Of a stretch of DNA of 64,000 bases, positions 1 to 13,053 are shown piece by piece. The position numbers and the translations under genes are program-made. Under the pieces are notes generated by a model. It searched no databases. It saw only the letters and a program-made list of their open reading frames with translations, and was not told the DNA's origin. Each line of letters begins with the position of its first letter. The stretch's first letter is position 1. This stretch comes from the human T2T-CHM13v2.0 reference genome, Homo sapiens. The stretch lies in the NCBI RefSeq assembly GCF_009914755.1, contig NC_060933.1; one strand, written 5' to 3'.

Positions 1-3000
1 CCCGATCCTCCTTTAAAGACAGGTCTCAGTTTTCCCGGACTTTTTCCTCCGAGTTTCCTGGCGCCTGCTGGGGTGAGGGCCGTGACCCTCGGAAGCGAGC
101 CCCCCGGGCGGGGACGAGACCGGAGCAGGCCTGGCCTCGCGCCGGGGTGGGGTGGGGTGGGGTGAGGTGGGGGGCTTGGTTCGGATTTCCGGCATCTTTG
201 AACCCCAGGCCATTCCCGGAGAAGCTCTGCCCCCTCCCGCGCCCCTCCCTGCTCAGGACAGCTGCAGAGGTTCTGAGTTCCGGCAAATGAGCCGTCAACA
301 TCTGCCCGAAGTCTGCAAGGCCCGGAAAGGTTTATGACTCTCCGGGCTTCCGAACTAGAGTTTATGTGCAATTATTTTCTTTCTTTCGTTTGCAACAGAA
401 TTAGATTTGGAGATTTTGTGTTCTTCTTCCTTTTCCCTTTAGTCTAATGCACAAGCAGAAAAAAGCAAAAACAAAAACAAACCCAAGACTGTGCAGAGGG
501 TGCTACGGCGGGAAGAAGTCAGTTATTTTCATCTTAAAGAATCTGAGTTGAATAGAGAGGGAAATGAGGGGCGGGTGTTCGCTCCAACGAAATCGCTTGG
601 AGGATCATGGGGCGTGTGTCCCTGTGTGCGGAACTGGGAGGAAAACGCAGCCCCCAGTTTGGTAAATGGTGAAGCAGCGGTAGGCCGGTCGGTGGCGCGG
701 ATTTAAGATTTGCTGAAGGCACTACCACAGATGTAGCTCTCTGGAACTTCCATCCCTCCTCTCCTACCACCCCCCAAAAAAAGACAAAACCGAGTTCAGA
801 CCGGCTCCCCCAACACCAAGCCGCTTCTATTTATCAAGTGGGTCAACTTCCACTCGGAAGCACCTCGCGGGGCTCGGCTCCAGGGCACCTGGTGGCTGGG
901 GAGCTGTATTGTTTTCCTGGGCACGGAGGTTCGGCGCCGGTTTTAGGATTGTGCAAAAAGAGAGTAGAAGGTACAGAGATTTATTTCTGCTTTTTGCTGT
1001 TCAGCCGCCGTTTGCCCCAGCGAGGTGGGCTGGAGGCTGAATTTCAAGCCTTGTTTAACCTCTACAAGAGACACCCTCCATTCAGCCATCTCACTTTCTC
1101 TCTGGCCTCCCTCTCTCTTTTTTTCCTTTCCGTTCTCTCCGTCCTTTCTCTCTATCTCTGTCTCTGTGTGTGTCGTGTTTGTTCCCGTGCCCTCCTCTCC
1201 GACCTTGGCCGGGGCTCCTAGTCCTGAGAGAAACGGCGTTCGGTGCGCCGGCGGTGGCTATGCGGCTGGCTCTTTCGGGGCTCCCGGGACTAGGTTGGGG
1301 AAAGAGGGCATCTCCCCGGCCTCTCGGGGCCCAGCCCAGTCTTCCTAGATCTGGCGTCCGCCCTTCCCTCCCCTCCCGCACTGGCAGGAGAGAAATGGCC
1401 GCAGTGTGGGCCGCGGGGCAGCTAGGACTGGAAAGCGGGGACCCTGGAGGGTGCGATCGCGGACGGGGTGTGCGGGCGCGGGTCGTGTGCGTGTGCGTGC
1501 AGGGTTCCGACCACGGGGACACGAGCTTGTTTGTGGCAGTGTCCCACATCCTGTGGCCCAGCCACGACGACCCCTTGCAAAGCCTCTTGCTCTGGGGACA
1601 GTCCCTCCGAGGCGCGGCGGCACCTTACTGAAGGGCGGCGAGCTGGGGGCCGAGTGGGGAGGGGGCGCCGTCGGGGCGCCGGGCGCTGGGCTTACAGCAG
1701 AGCCGCGGGCCGCGGGGTCGGAAAGTCCTTCCGGGGCGGGGCCGCAGCGGCCTCTTCCCGCAGCCCCTCGGGCCCGGGCCCCGGTGGAACGGAAACCTCC
1801 CCCTACCCCGGGAGGGGCTGCCAGCGGGCTGGGGGTGCGAAAACGGCGGCAGGAGCGGGCGAGGGGCCCGGGCCGCGCACTTTGCGCCTGGGTTTGCGCG
1901 CCGCGGCCGCGGGAGTCCCGCGCGGACCGGCCGGACGCCCGGCCTCCCCCAGCCCCAGCTTTTTGTGTGTGTGTGCCTGGCGGCGTAATTACTGATTTGA
2001 TTCCAATCCATTATTTAGACAATTGAACCTACAATCTCGTCTTTAGTAAAATGAGGCGAAGTCAGATTTGATTACAGGTTCAGTCCCAGCGACAAGAGCT
2101 CGAAACCCGATGGGTTAATAACAGATCACGAGTAAATTATTCATGATTTTACGAGCTCTTTAGCTCCATTGAATCGGCCTAATTGAGAGGAAAAAAAAAA
2201 AAAAGGAGAGAGAAAGCCCGGGTCCTCCCCCTCCCCTCGGCCCCTCGCTCCTCCCCGGATCCGATCCTGGGGAATCTCGACCCGCCCCCGGGCACTGGGG
2301 GCGGGAGTGAGGGGGTTCGGGGCGCCGGCCAAACCTGGGCCCCACGGCTGCCTCCCCCGCCGCCGCCCCCTGCCCTTGCCTCTGGCCGGCCTCGGCCTCG
2401 CTACTTAGGGCCGGCTCCTTTCCCTTTTTCTCCACTCCCCTTCTTTCCCCTTTTCTCTACTCCCCCGCCAATAACGGCTTCGGAAAAGGCCTCCCCCGCA
2501 GGGACCGGGTCTCCCGGAGCCCCGGGATTCAGCTCGGCCACCGGACCCTCGCCACAAGCTGCGCCTGTTTCCGGGACTCGCTTTCCCCTCCGCTCTCCCT
2601 ATTTCTTGCTGTCTTTGTAGCTGTCTCTCTGTGGTTCTCCTGGCTCCTTCGCTTTCTTTTCCTCTGTCTGTCCTCTCTTTTTCCTGGCTCTGTCCATCTT
2701 CCGTCCCTACCCCCTCTCTCTTTCTCTCCCTCCATTCTGCCTTTCTGTGTTTGTCTTTTTCTCTCCTTTCTCTGCCCTTTCTGTCCCCCTCCCCCGCACT
2801 ACTACCCCACCTAGGCGGCACTCAGGGCAGGTCCCTTGGGCCCATGGGGGCGCCGGGGTCCCCACGGAGCTCATTAACAGCAGCCAGGCCCAGGCGGGGG
2901 CTCGGTGGAGGGATGGGCCCAAAGATACCCCGTAGGGAGGCTGCCCCACCCCCAGTGGAGCTGGGGACTGGGGGAAAGAAAAGGGTTGCTCACCTCAGCG

Positions 3001-3130
3001 GGTTCCAAGCAGTTCTGGTGGATCAGGTTCAGAGGCATCCTCTGATCCCCTTTAAATTGCCGGACCCGCGCTCTTCACTCTGGGCGTGCTCTCTGTGGGA
3101 ATGCAGCCCCGGGGGTGAGGGGACCTGAGT
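1..3130. promoter_or_regulatory. Intragenic CpG island (LHX2 intron)
   Basis: Very high GC and CpG density (densest at 1190-2600) and no interspersed repeats, typical of Polycomb-regulated developmental loci. Confidence 0.9.
144..174 (+). repeat. (GGGGT)4 G-quadruplex-forming tract
   Basis: ggggtggggtggggtggggtgaggtgggggg. Confidence 0.7.
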
Positions 3131-3287
3131 GCCGGTGGAAAGAGGCCCCTAGGAGGTGTAGCCCCTAGCTAACAGCTCCAAAGGCAGGGGCAAGACTTGT
3201 ATCTTGCAAATTCTCTCTGCAAGGGGCTCTTCCCCATCTGGGCAGGGGAAGGGGGAGGTCACCAGCAGAGTAAAAGTCCTTTGGAGG

Positions 3288-3645
3288 TAGTGTGGCCAGG
3301 CAAAATGCAGCATCCCCAGTTAAATTGGAATTTTGGGTACGTAACAAATACATTTTTAGTGTAAGTGTCCCCGGCAATATTTGCATTTTGGAAAAATAAC
3401 GAATAAATTTGAAATTTGTAGTATAAGTGTCCCGTGTAATATTTGAATTTTAGATAAATGACAATTTTTTAGCATAGCTGTGTCACCTGTAGTATTTGAA
3501 TTTCAGGTAAACAACAAATACATTTTTAGTATAGGTATGTCCCATGCAATATTTAGGACATGCTTATACTAAAAAATTACTTATTATTTTTCTGAAATTT
3601 ATATTTAACTGGGCAACCTGTATTTTCATTTGCTAAATCTAGAGC
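3288..3645. mobile_element. MER53-like hAT MITE with internal tandem amplification
   Basis: Palindromic ends (ccagttaaatt... / ...atttaactgggcaacctgtattttcatttgctaaatct) and about four copies of a 53-62 bp unit atttgaattt..ataaacaacaaata..tttttagtataagtgtccc. Confidence 0.7.
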
Positions 3646-3984
3646 TCTGTTACGGGTATGTGATGAGGGCACAAGATACCTTCTCAGTTCTCACTTTAGG
3701 CGGACCGAATGTACACCCCTTATGAGGCTTACCCCAAGGCAAGACCTTAAGTGTGGCATGGCTCGGGAGGTGCCATGAGGAGGCGACCTTGGGAGGGGTC
3801 CTGCAGGTCCCCATCAGCTTCCAGGTGGCTGAGCAATTTTCTGAGGCCCAGGTTTTCACCCATATTCCCCACCCCCAATGCCAGCCAGGCATTGGCAGCG
3901 TGGCCCCCATGAGGCTCCTTGTGGTTAGGGACAGGCTCCCTCCTCCCTTCGTGGTGTAGTGGAAGAAAACAAGGAGTACTCCAG

Positions 3985-4190
3985 TGCTAAATCTAGGCTC
4001 AACAGATCAAGATCAATCTAGCTGGTTACCGGTGGTGTGGCAGTGTGCAAGTGGCTTCATTTCCCTTAGCGTTAGTTTCCACATCTCTAAAATGGGAATA
4101 GTCATAGCCACCTCTCTGAGAGGTAATGATGTACAGTGACATTTGTAAAGCCAAACACACACCATAGGTGTCTACTACATGTTTATTTCT
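3985..4190 (+). mobile_element. MIR SINE fragment (one of many in the window)
   Basis: MIR core: caagtggcttcatttcccttagcgttagtttccacatctctaaaatgggaatagt. Confidence 0.65.
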
Positions 4191-4705
4191 GCCTCGGACT
4201 TCCTTCCCCGTCCACTCTGCCGCTCTCTGTGGACTGCCGCAGATCTCTGAACTTCCCCGAGCCTAATTTGCTCCACTTGTTCACGGAGAAACAATCATCT
4301 TACAGGGTAGCGATGAGGATTAAACTGCAAAATGCAGTTTCCAACCTTTGGCCCAGTGCCCAAGGCCCAGGGGTCCCTCAGTACTTTTGGGTGTGGCAAA
4401 ATGAACATGAATCTCTGTTTCAGCAGTTTCTAGGTGCCGGTCCCAGACACGGTAGGGGGAGACGGCAGAAAGCACTCCTCCTTAGAGTGCCTTGGAAAAC
4501 AGGAGGAGGGCAGGCCCAGAGACCCTGTCCTGCTGTGTCCAAAGTCAAGTGACTTCCCTTGCTGAGCCTCAGTTTCAACATCTGTAAAAACGGGAAAAAT
4601 AATACCTGGTGCTCCTAGGATTGTTTTAAGTACCTAAAGAAAATGTGCCTGGAAAGCCCTTTAACACATCACCTGGAGTTCAATCGGCCATCAACAAGTC
4701 GTAGC

Positions 4706-4711
<6 letters not shown>

Positions 4712-4732
<21 letters not shown>
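4712..4732 (+). repeat. (TGC)7 trinucleotide microsatellite
   Basis: Seen directly, with degenerate tgt/tac flanks. Confidence 0.85.
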
Positions 4733-4736
<4 letters not shown>

Positions 4737-5016
4737 ATTGTTCTTATTGTAACATAATGGCTCAGAATGATTTTTGGATTCTCCCAGAGCCGGGATTCAG
4801 TGCTGCAGTTCTTAGCAGTGTGATCCTGGGTGGATCGCTGTCTCTGAGCCTCAGTGTTTCCATCTATAAAATGGGGATGATGTCCCCCTTTCATTGTGGC
4901 GCAGACATGCAGCAGGGTTAAGGATTGAAATGTTTGGCAGTGGGTGGGGCGAGTGTGGATTTGGCATGGGGGGCGGGTCAGGAAGTTCACCCACCGGCTC
5001 TGTGTCTCCTCCCTAG

Positions 5017-5222
5017 CGCTAAGCTGCAACGAAAACGACGCAGAGCACCTGGACCGTGACCAGCCATACCCGAGCAGCCAGAAGACCAAGCGCATGCGCA
5101 CGTCCTTCAAGCACCACCAGCTTCGGACCATGAAGTCTTACTTTGCCATTAACCACAACCCCGACGCCAAGGACTTGAAGCAGCTCGCGCAAAAGACGGG
5201 CCTCACCAAGCGGGTCCTCCAG
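5017..5222 (+). CDS. LHX2: LHX2 penultimate coding exon (206 bp): linker plus homeodomain residues 1-46
   Basis: Translates (A)LSCNENDAEHLDRDQPYPSSQKTKRMRTSFKHHQLRTMKSYFAINHNPDAKDLKQLAQKTGLTKRVLQ, an apterous/LHX2-type homeodomain. Acceptor tgtgtctcctccctag ends at 5016; donor CAG|gtcagc at 5223. Confidence 0.98.
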
Positions 5223-6559
5223 GTCAGCCAGGGCCAGGGGTGAGGGCATCTGCGACCACCAGGGACTGGGGTGGAACCCTGCACCCCTCGCCGTGGGCCT
5301 TGGAAGGACCTTCCACCCTGTGTCTGCTTCTCTGTGTGTTTAATCTTTCTCATTCTCTTTCTTCACCTCTCCAGCCTGTCCCCATCTGTATTTCAGTCTT
5401 TTTTTTCTTACTTTGTCTTTTCTCTTTTTCAGTTTTTGCCTCTCTGTTTTTCTGTTTGCGTATCGCTCCATCCTCATTGTCTCCACACTCGGTCTCTTTT
5501 CTTTCTTCTAAACAATTCTTAGTTTCTGTTTATTATTCAAGTGACACTCATTTTACACACATTCACATCATAAAAGGTTCAAACATTTCAGATAAATCTA
5601 GAGGCCGCCCCACCCCATCCCAGGACGTACACCCAAGGTGACTATCATTAGCTCCTGCTTCTTGCTTCTTACCCACTCTAGTTTCTCTTCTCTTGCTGTC
5701 TGCCTCTGTCTCACTCCCCCCTCTCTCTTCCTTCAGGCATCTCTCTAGATTTATCTTCTGCCTCCCAGACTCTCCTGGAAGCAAGGTTTGGTGGTGGGGA
5801 TGTGTGTGGGCAGATTCCCTGGGTGGGCAGGTGGGGGCGGGACTGCCCAGAGGACATGGTGGGGTGGGGGAGCGGCTGGGTGCCTGTGAAACTCAGCAGA
5901 ACTGCACTTACATGTGCGAGTAACTTCTTAATAGAGAAGATCCAGAACTTTCACCAAATTTTCACACCCCTAGAGATGTTAAGAACCCTAGTCTGGAGGC
6001 ACAGAAGCAGGTCCCAGGCTCCTGCATGACCCAAAGTTGTGGCAGAGTCGTGGGCCACATCTCAAACGGTCAGCTCCTCCTTTTACTCATTTTAGGGTCT
6101 TAGGCAAGTCACTTGACTTTTTGTAGCCTGTTTCCTCATACAAGAAATGGATACAATAAATTATGCTGCCGGGTTATCCAAGGAGCCACTGAAATGACGT
6201 GCCTGTGGTGCGACCTGACACTTCGTTGCTCAGTGGATGGTAGCCAATAACAGCATTAACTAGATTCATTAGCTGGCATGATTCACTAGTATGAGCAATT
6301 ATTCTGGTAGTGGACATCAGTTTCCCCATTCGTACAAAGAGAAGGCAAGACAATGCCTCCCTTGATAGCAAGTTTAACCAATTTATTCTTCAGAACGTGT
6401 GGTTACAGTGCCAGCGACACACATTTTGAGGGAAGAAAACCGAGGGATGAAGTAACCGGACAGCCTCACAACAGGAGGGGAGGTGGTGGGATTCGAGTCC
6501 AGGCCAGTCTGACCCACCCTCCAGCCCCAGGTCTCTGGGATTGAGGGCTGGGAGGTGAC

Positions 6560-6870
6560 ACAGAGGGATGACGGAGACGGAGGGCTGCGCAGCTGCCCTG
6601 AGAAAGTTCTTGTGAGTTTGTCAGAAACAAAAAACAAACAAAAAAATGCCCTCTGTGGGGCGGGTGGAGGCTGTGACGCGGCGCAACTGCAGCTGCAGCT
6701 GCGGGGGGAGCCGGGAGTTGGGGCCCCTAGGCTCCCGAGGCGCCCCCTTGAGCAGCGCTGCCCACGGGGAGCGGGCGAGGGGCTGCGGGAGAGGGAGGAC
6801 TGGGTGACGTAGCCGAGGGAGGGAGCGTCGGCCAATGGGATGCCGATGCGCCCCTCTGGGCCCGCCCCTC
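6560..6870. promoter_or_regulatory. Small intronic CpG-rich island
   Basis: Local CpG cluster with tandem E-boxes (6684-6701), TGACGT, CCAAT and GC boxes. Confidence 0.55.
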
Positions 6871-7127
6871 CCTCATGGTCTGTTTTGCTTTGGAGTCCCA
6901 GTGGCCTGAGCTCCTGGTGGATGGAGAACGTGACTACACTGGCTGGGGTAGCAGGTCCCTCTCGTCTGTTTCCTTCGTTGTTTGCCTTCTTGGGGTTAGG
7001 TCAAGGACCCTCTTTGGCGTCCCCTCCCTTCAGCCGTGGGTGAGTTCGGACTGAGGACTTGGGGTTGGGCTGCCTTTTCTCTGCTTAGTAGGACCCTTCG
7101 TCCTTCCCCAACCCAGTTGCTCTGTGG

Positions 7128-7320
7128 CAGGGATGTCCAATCTTTTGGCTTCCCTGGGCCACATTGGAAGAAGAAGAATTGTTTTGGGTTACACATAAAA
7201 TACACTAACACGAACGATAGTTGTTGAGCTAAAATAATAATAATAATAATAATGTTTTAAGACAGTTTACGAATTTGTGTTAGGCCACATTCAAAGCCCT
7301 CCTGGGCATAGACAGGCTTG
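7128..7320 (+). mobile_element. MER30-type hAT-Charlie MITE
   Basis: cagggatgtccaatcttttggcttccctgggccacattggaagaagaagaattg... with 8-bp TSD ctctgtgg (7120-7127) / ctctatgg (7321-7328). Confidence 0.85.
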
Positions 7321-8579
7321 CTCTATGGAGTGGGGTCAGGGGAGGGAGGGCAGTTCTATGAATTAATGCTTTAGCTGGGGATGGAACCGGGTTCAGGAAG
7401 ACCTGGGCTGGGTTCACTGGCTGTGTGTCTTGGACAAATTAGTTACCCTCTCTGAGCCATAGATTTCTCATCTGTAGAAAGGGCACCATTAGGGCACAAA
7501 CCTCTCTCAGTTATCCAGATTAAATGAAATGAAGAGTAAGTACCCATAGTTGAATCAGAATTTCCAGTGAGGAGCCAGTCTCTGTTGGCCTTGGGGAGGC
7601 AGAAGGCTTGGTCACCTGACTTAGGAACAAATCAGATTTCCAGGAGAGTTACCTCTTATTCTTTCATCTGATGAAACATATATTGGCACCAGGCCTTGGG
7701 GACACAGAGATGAACAAACCATGGTCCTGGCCCTGAGGAAATTCACCTGTTAGGTATAGACACAGACCCATGTACAGTTTCCTCATGGTGTGATCCGTTG
7801 GGGCACCTACTGAGGGAGCCCAGAGGAAGGACCAACCATGCTGTGTACCAGGCAGCATGATCCCTCTTCCCCCACCATCCAGATGAGAAGGCAGAGGCCC
7901 AAATGATCTCCACTTGCCCCAAATCACACTTTATAGTTACCTGCAGAGCTGGATCCAAATCCAGGCCTGCCTGATCAATGGACATAGTTCTTTCTTCTTT
8001 GAGCCAATCTGGCAATGACTGTCTGGGTGTGAGTTTCATTTAGGGTCTGTATACTGGGGGTGGGGCATACGTGTAGCACTGTTCTCCCTTTTTCCCAGAC
8101 CACATTTGCACAAATCCCAAATATTCCTATTGCACATGGTGATGCAGCAGTTTACAAAGCATTATCTTTCCAGCCACGTATCTACCTTACCTTAAGATTT
8201 TTCTGCCCATTTTACAGATGAGAAGCTTAAGACCTAGTAAGATGAGGTGATTTGCTGCTGGATACAGGAGCCAGGCATTGGCAGGGTGGGGCTTGCCCCC
8301 AGGTGCCCTGAATGCTGATGGGGAATCTGGCAGACATGGGATGGGAACAGTTTGAGGCAGTTGGTAGTATGCCTTTGAAAGGTAACAGACTGGTTTTAAT
8401 CCTGTCTGACTTACCAGCAGTGAGATTTGGATGTTTTAATTTCTCCTCTCTGAGCCTGATGCCTTATCTATGAAATGGGGATGAGAAGGATACCTTACTG
8501 GTGGTTGCACGGAGTAAATAAGATGACATACAGTATAATTTACAGAGTGTAGAGTCAGGACCCAGGCATGCTGATCTCA

Positions 8580-8644
8580 TGCACTCATTTACACAGTACA
8601 GTTCAGTCTCCTGCAGTCATTTACACAGTACAGTTCATTCTGCA
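8580..8644 (+). repeat. 32-bp tandem duplication
   Basis: tcatttacacagtacagttca occurs twice, 32 bp apart. Confidence 0.8.
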
Positions 8645-9074
8645 ACCCTCTTTGCACACATTTTAAAAATGTGATTATCTTCATTTTGCAGATGATGAAA
8701 CTGAGATTCTGAGAGTCTAGAACCCTGGCCCTGAGTCTCACAGCTAGTAAGTGATGAAGCCAGGAGTCGAGTTCAGATTGGTCTGAAATTTCCAAAGCTC
8801 TTTCCAATATTGCACACGAAGGGATTTTGACTTTTTTCCCTTGGATCTGGCTGCAGAGTGCAGCAGTACAGTGGGAGAGGAGGGAAGGTGTGGGTCACAG
8901 ATGCCATGTCTTGGTAGGGAAGCAGAAACCTCTAGTAAAGTGCTCGTCACATAAAAGGTGCTCACATTTGCCATCAGCAGCAGCATGGCAACTACAATAC
9001 TCACTATCAGTGGGCAAGGTGACTAGGAGACAGAATGGCCCCTTAGACGGAGGTCCTTTAAGACTTTAAGCCTT

Positions 9075-9483
<409 letters not shown>

Positions 9484-9619
9484 TTAAGATGCCCTAAGCT
9501 TGGGGAAGTGAGTGATGAGCTGATTGATTTGGGTGGGTGAAGGTCTCCATAGGGGTTCCCTGGTGTGACTTTGGAAGAAAACACATTTTAACCACCAACA
9601 GCTTAAAAACCATCTTTCA

Positions 9620-9936
<317 letters not shown>

Positions 9937-9970
9937 CTAGTTAGTTATTACTAACCTGTGTGAGAATTTA

Positions 9971-10576
<606 letters not shown>

Positions 10577-11454
10577 TTAGCATTAATACAGGCACTGAGA
10601 AATCTGGAAGAGACTCAACTTTGTCTAATCTAACATTTCCCAAATTTTATTTGGCCATATAATTCTTATTTAACTCTTGTAAAGAAATAAAATGGTAGAC
10701 GTGCTAGGTAGGAAAAATGCAAGGGTACAATTAGAGCACAGAGACCTGACCTGCTGAAGGAGGTAGTCAGGGAAGGCTTCCCTGAGGAGGAGGTGTGGTT
10801 TATATCAGGGCAAGTCACTTCATTACTTTGAACCTCCATTTCCCTACCTGTAAAGTGGTCTTTTTCCTGCCTGTCTACCACCCAGGTGGGTGATAAGTGT
10901 CCAATCTAGTCCTAGATGGCCTAAGCTGTATGGAGTTTCACAGACAATTTGGCCTAAACCTCTCAGTTCAAAGGAAAGGAAATCAAGACTCAGAGAGGTG
11001 GAGTGACTTTCCCAAGAACCACAGCAAAGTGGTTCTAGGCCTGGGGCTAGAACCAAGGGTTTCTGATTTCCAGTTCAGTGCTTATTACTTTTGGTTCTTT
11101 AAAGAAAACTTCTTTAAAAGTTTACAAAATACTAGAACTGCCATACCAACAGTTTAGAAAAATAGGAAAAACAGAAAACAACAACAGCAAAACAAACAAA
11201 AAAAACCGTACCCTTCTAAGAGCACAGGAATCCAATAATTAAAGTGTGTGATTTAGAGGTTAAGTAGTGGTTAAGGGCATAGAACCAGTCTGTTGGAAGT
11301 CACATCTCAATTCTGTTTGTGCAGTAAGAGGCACACAGTTTCTACTCCTGCAAATTGGCAATAATATTCACATCTACCGCATAGGGTTATTATAAGGACC
11401 AAATGAGTTAATGTGTAAAGTGCTTAGGACTTTGCTTATAAAATGCCTGGCACT

Positions 11455-11743
<289 letters not shown>

Positions 11744-12640
11744 AGATGCCTGGCACTTCATGAGGAATAGTATTCATCATTATTATTTGCTTTATGAAGG
11801 TACAATACCAGAAGGCATAGTTTTTTTTTATCCTTTTTTTCACCTAACAGCCATCACAAGACATTTCCCCTGTGGCATCGTGGAGTGGCTGTGTCATGAC
11901 TCCCACTTGCCGCATCTGAGTGGACACTTTGGATGCAGCCATTAGTTTGATGTTATTAAAAATGCCATGATGGGCATGAAGCTTTCATCTTTTGGCTGAT
12001 TTCCTTAGCATCCCAGGTGGGGATTTGCTGGGGGCAAAGTGGGTTTCCCACTGGCCCTCCTGGCTTTCTTGATGAAAGAATTCTGGGGAAGGAGGTTTGT
12101 GAGGCAAAACACAACTTGCATGGTCAGGTAGTGCCTGGGAAGGGGCAAGAAGCAACGTGTGCTTCTTCATCTACCCAGGGCTTATTGGAGATCTACCGCG
12201 CACCAGGCTGGGGCACCCCGGCCTGGTGTTAGTTGTGTCCTGATGATTCTCTGTCTGAACTTCGCCTTCTTGTCCCAGACACACAGTCCAGAGAACTTGA
12301 GGCATGTGAAAAGAGAAGGCCTGTCAGTTTCAGAAGATGGGTGGGTGGGGCAGACTGCACCTTGTTGCTTGCAGCTGCCTAAGAATCCCAGCCTGTCAGA
12401 ACCCTGAGAGCCATAGAGATCGTATGATGTGGTCTAACCCTCTTGTTGTACAAGTGAAGAAACTGAGGCCGGTCCAGAGGTGAGGGACAAACCCGAGGTC
12501 ACGTGGTAGTCCCAGGACTGGAAGCTGCTCTTTCCACTGCACTATAGTTGCTTCTCTGTTTCTTCATCCATTTATTCACTCATTCATGGACTTGCTACCT
12601 CCCTCAGGACCATGTGGCAGGGAGAGCATGGACTCTTTTA

Positions 12641-13053
<413 letters not shown>

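Noticed and set aside
838-3128. Many overlapping 100-206 aa ORFs on both strands
   Set aside because: GC-rich CpG island with few stop codons; Gly/Arg/Pro/Ala-biased, no domain, intronic to LHX2.
4643-4921. Poly-cysteine ORF
   Set aside because: Product of a (TGC)7 microsatellite plus MIR sequence.
4944-5016. N-terminal extension of the homeobox ORF (MGRVWIW...)
   Set aside because: GTG-start artefact running through the intronic pyrimidine tract; the true exon starts after the AG at 5016.
5223-5243. Read-through tail VSQGQG* as a truncated isoform
   Set aside because: It would need intron retention or intronic polyadenylation, and no convincing nearby poly(A) signal was seen.
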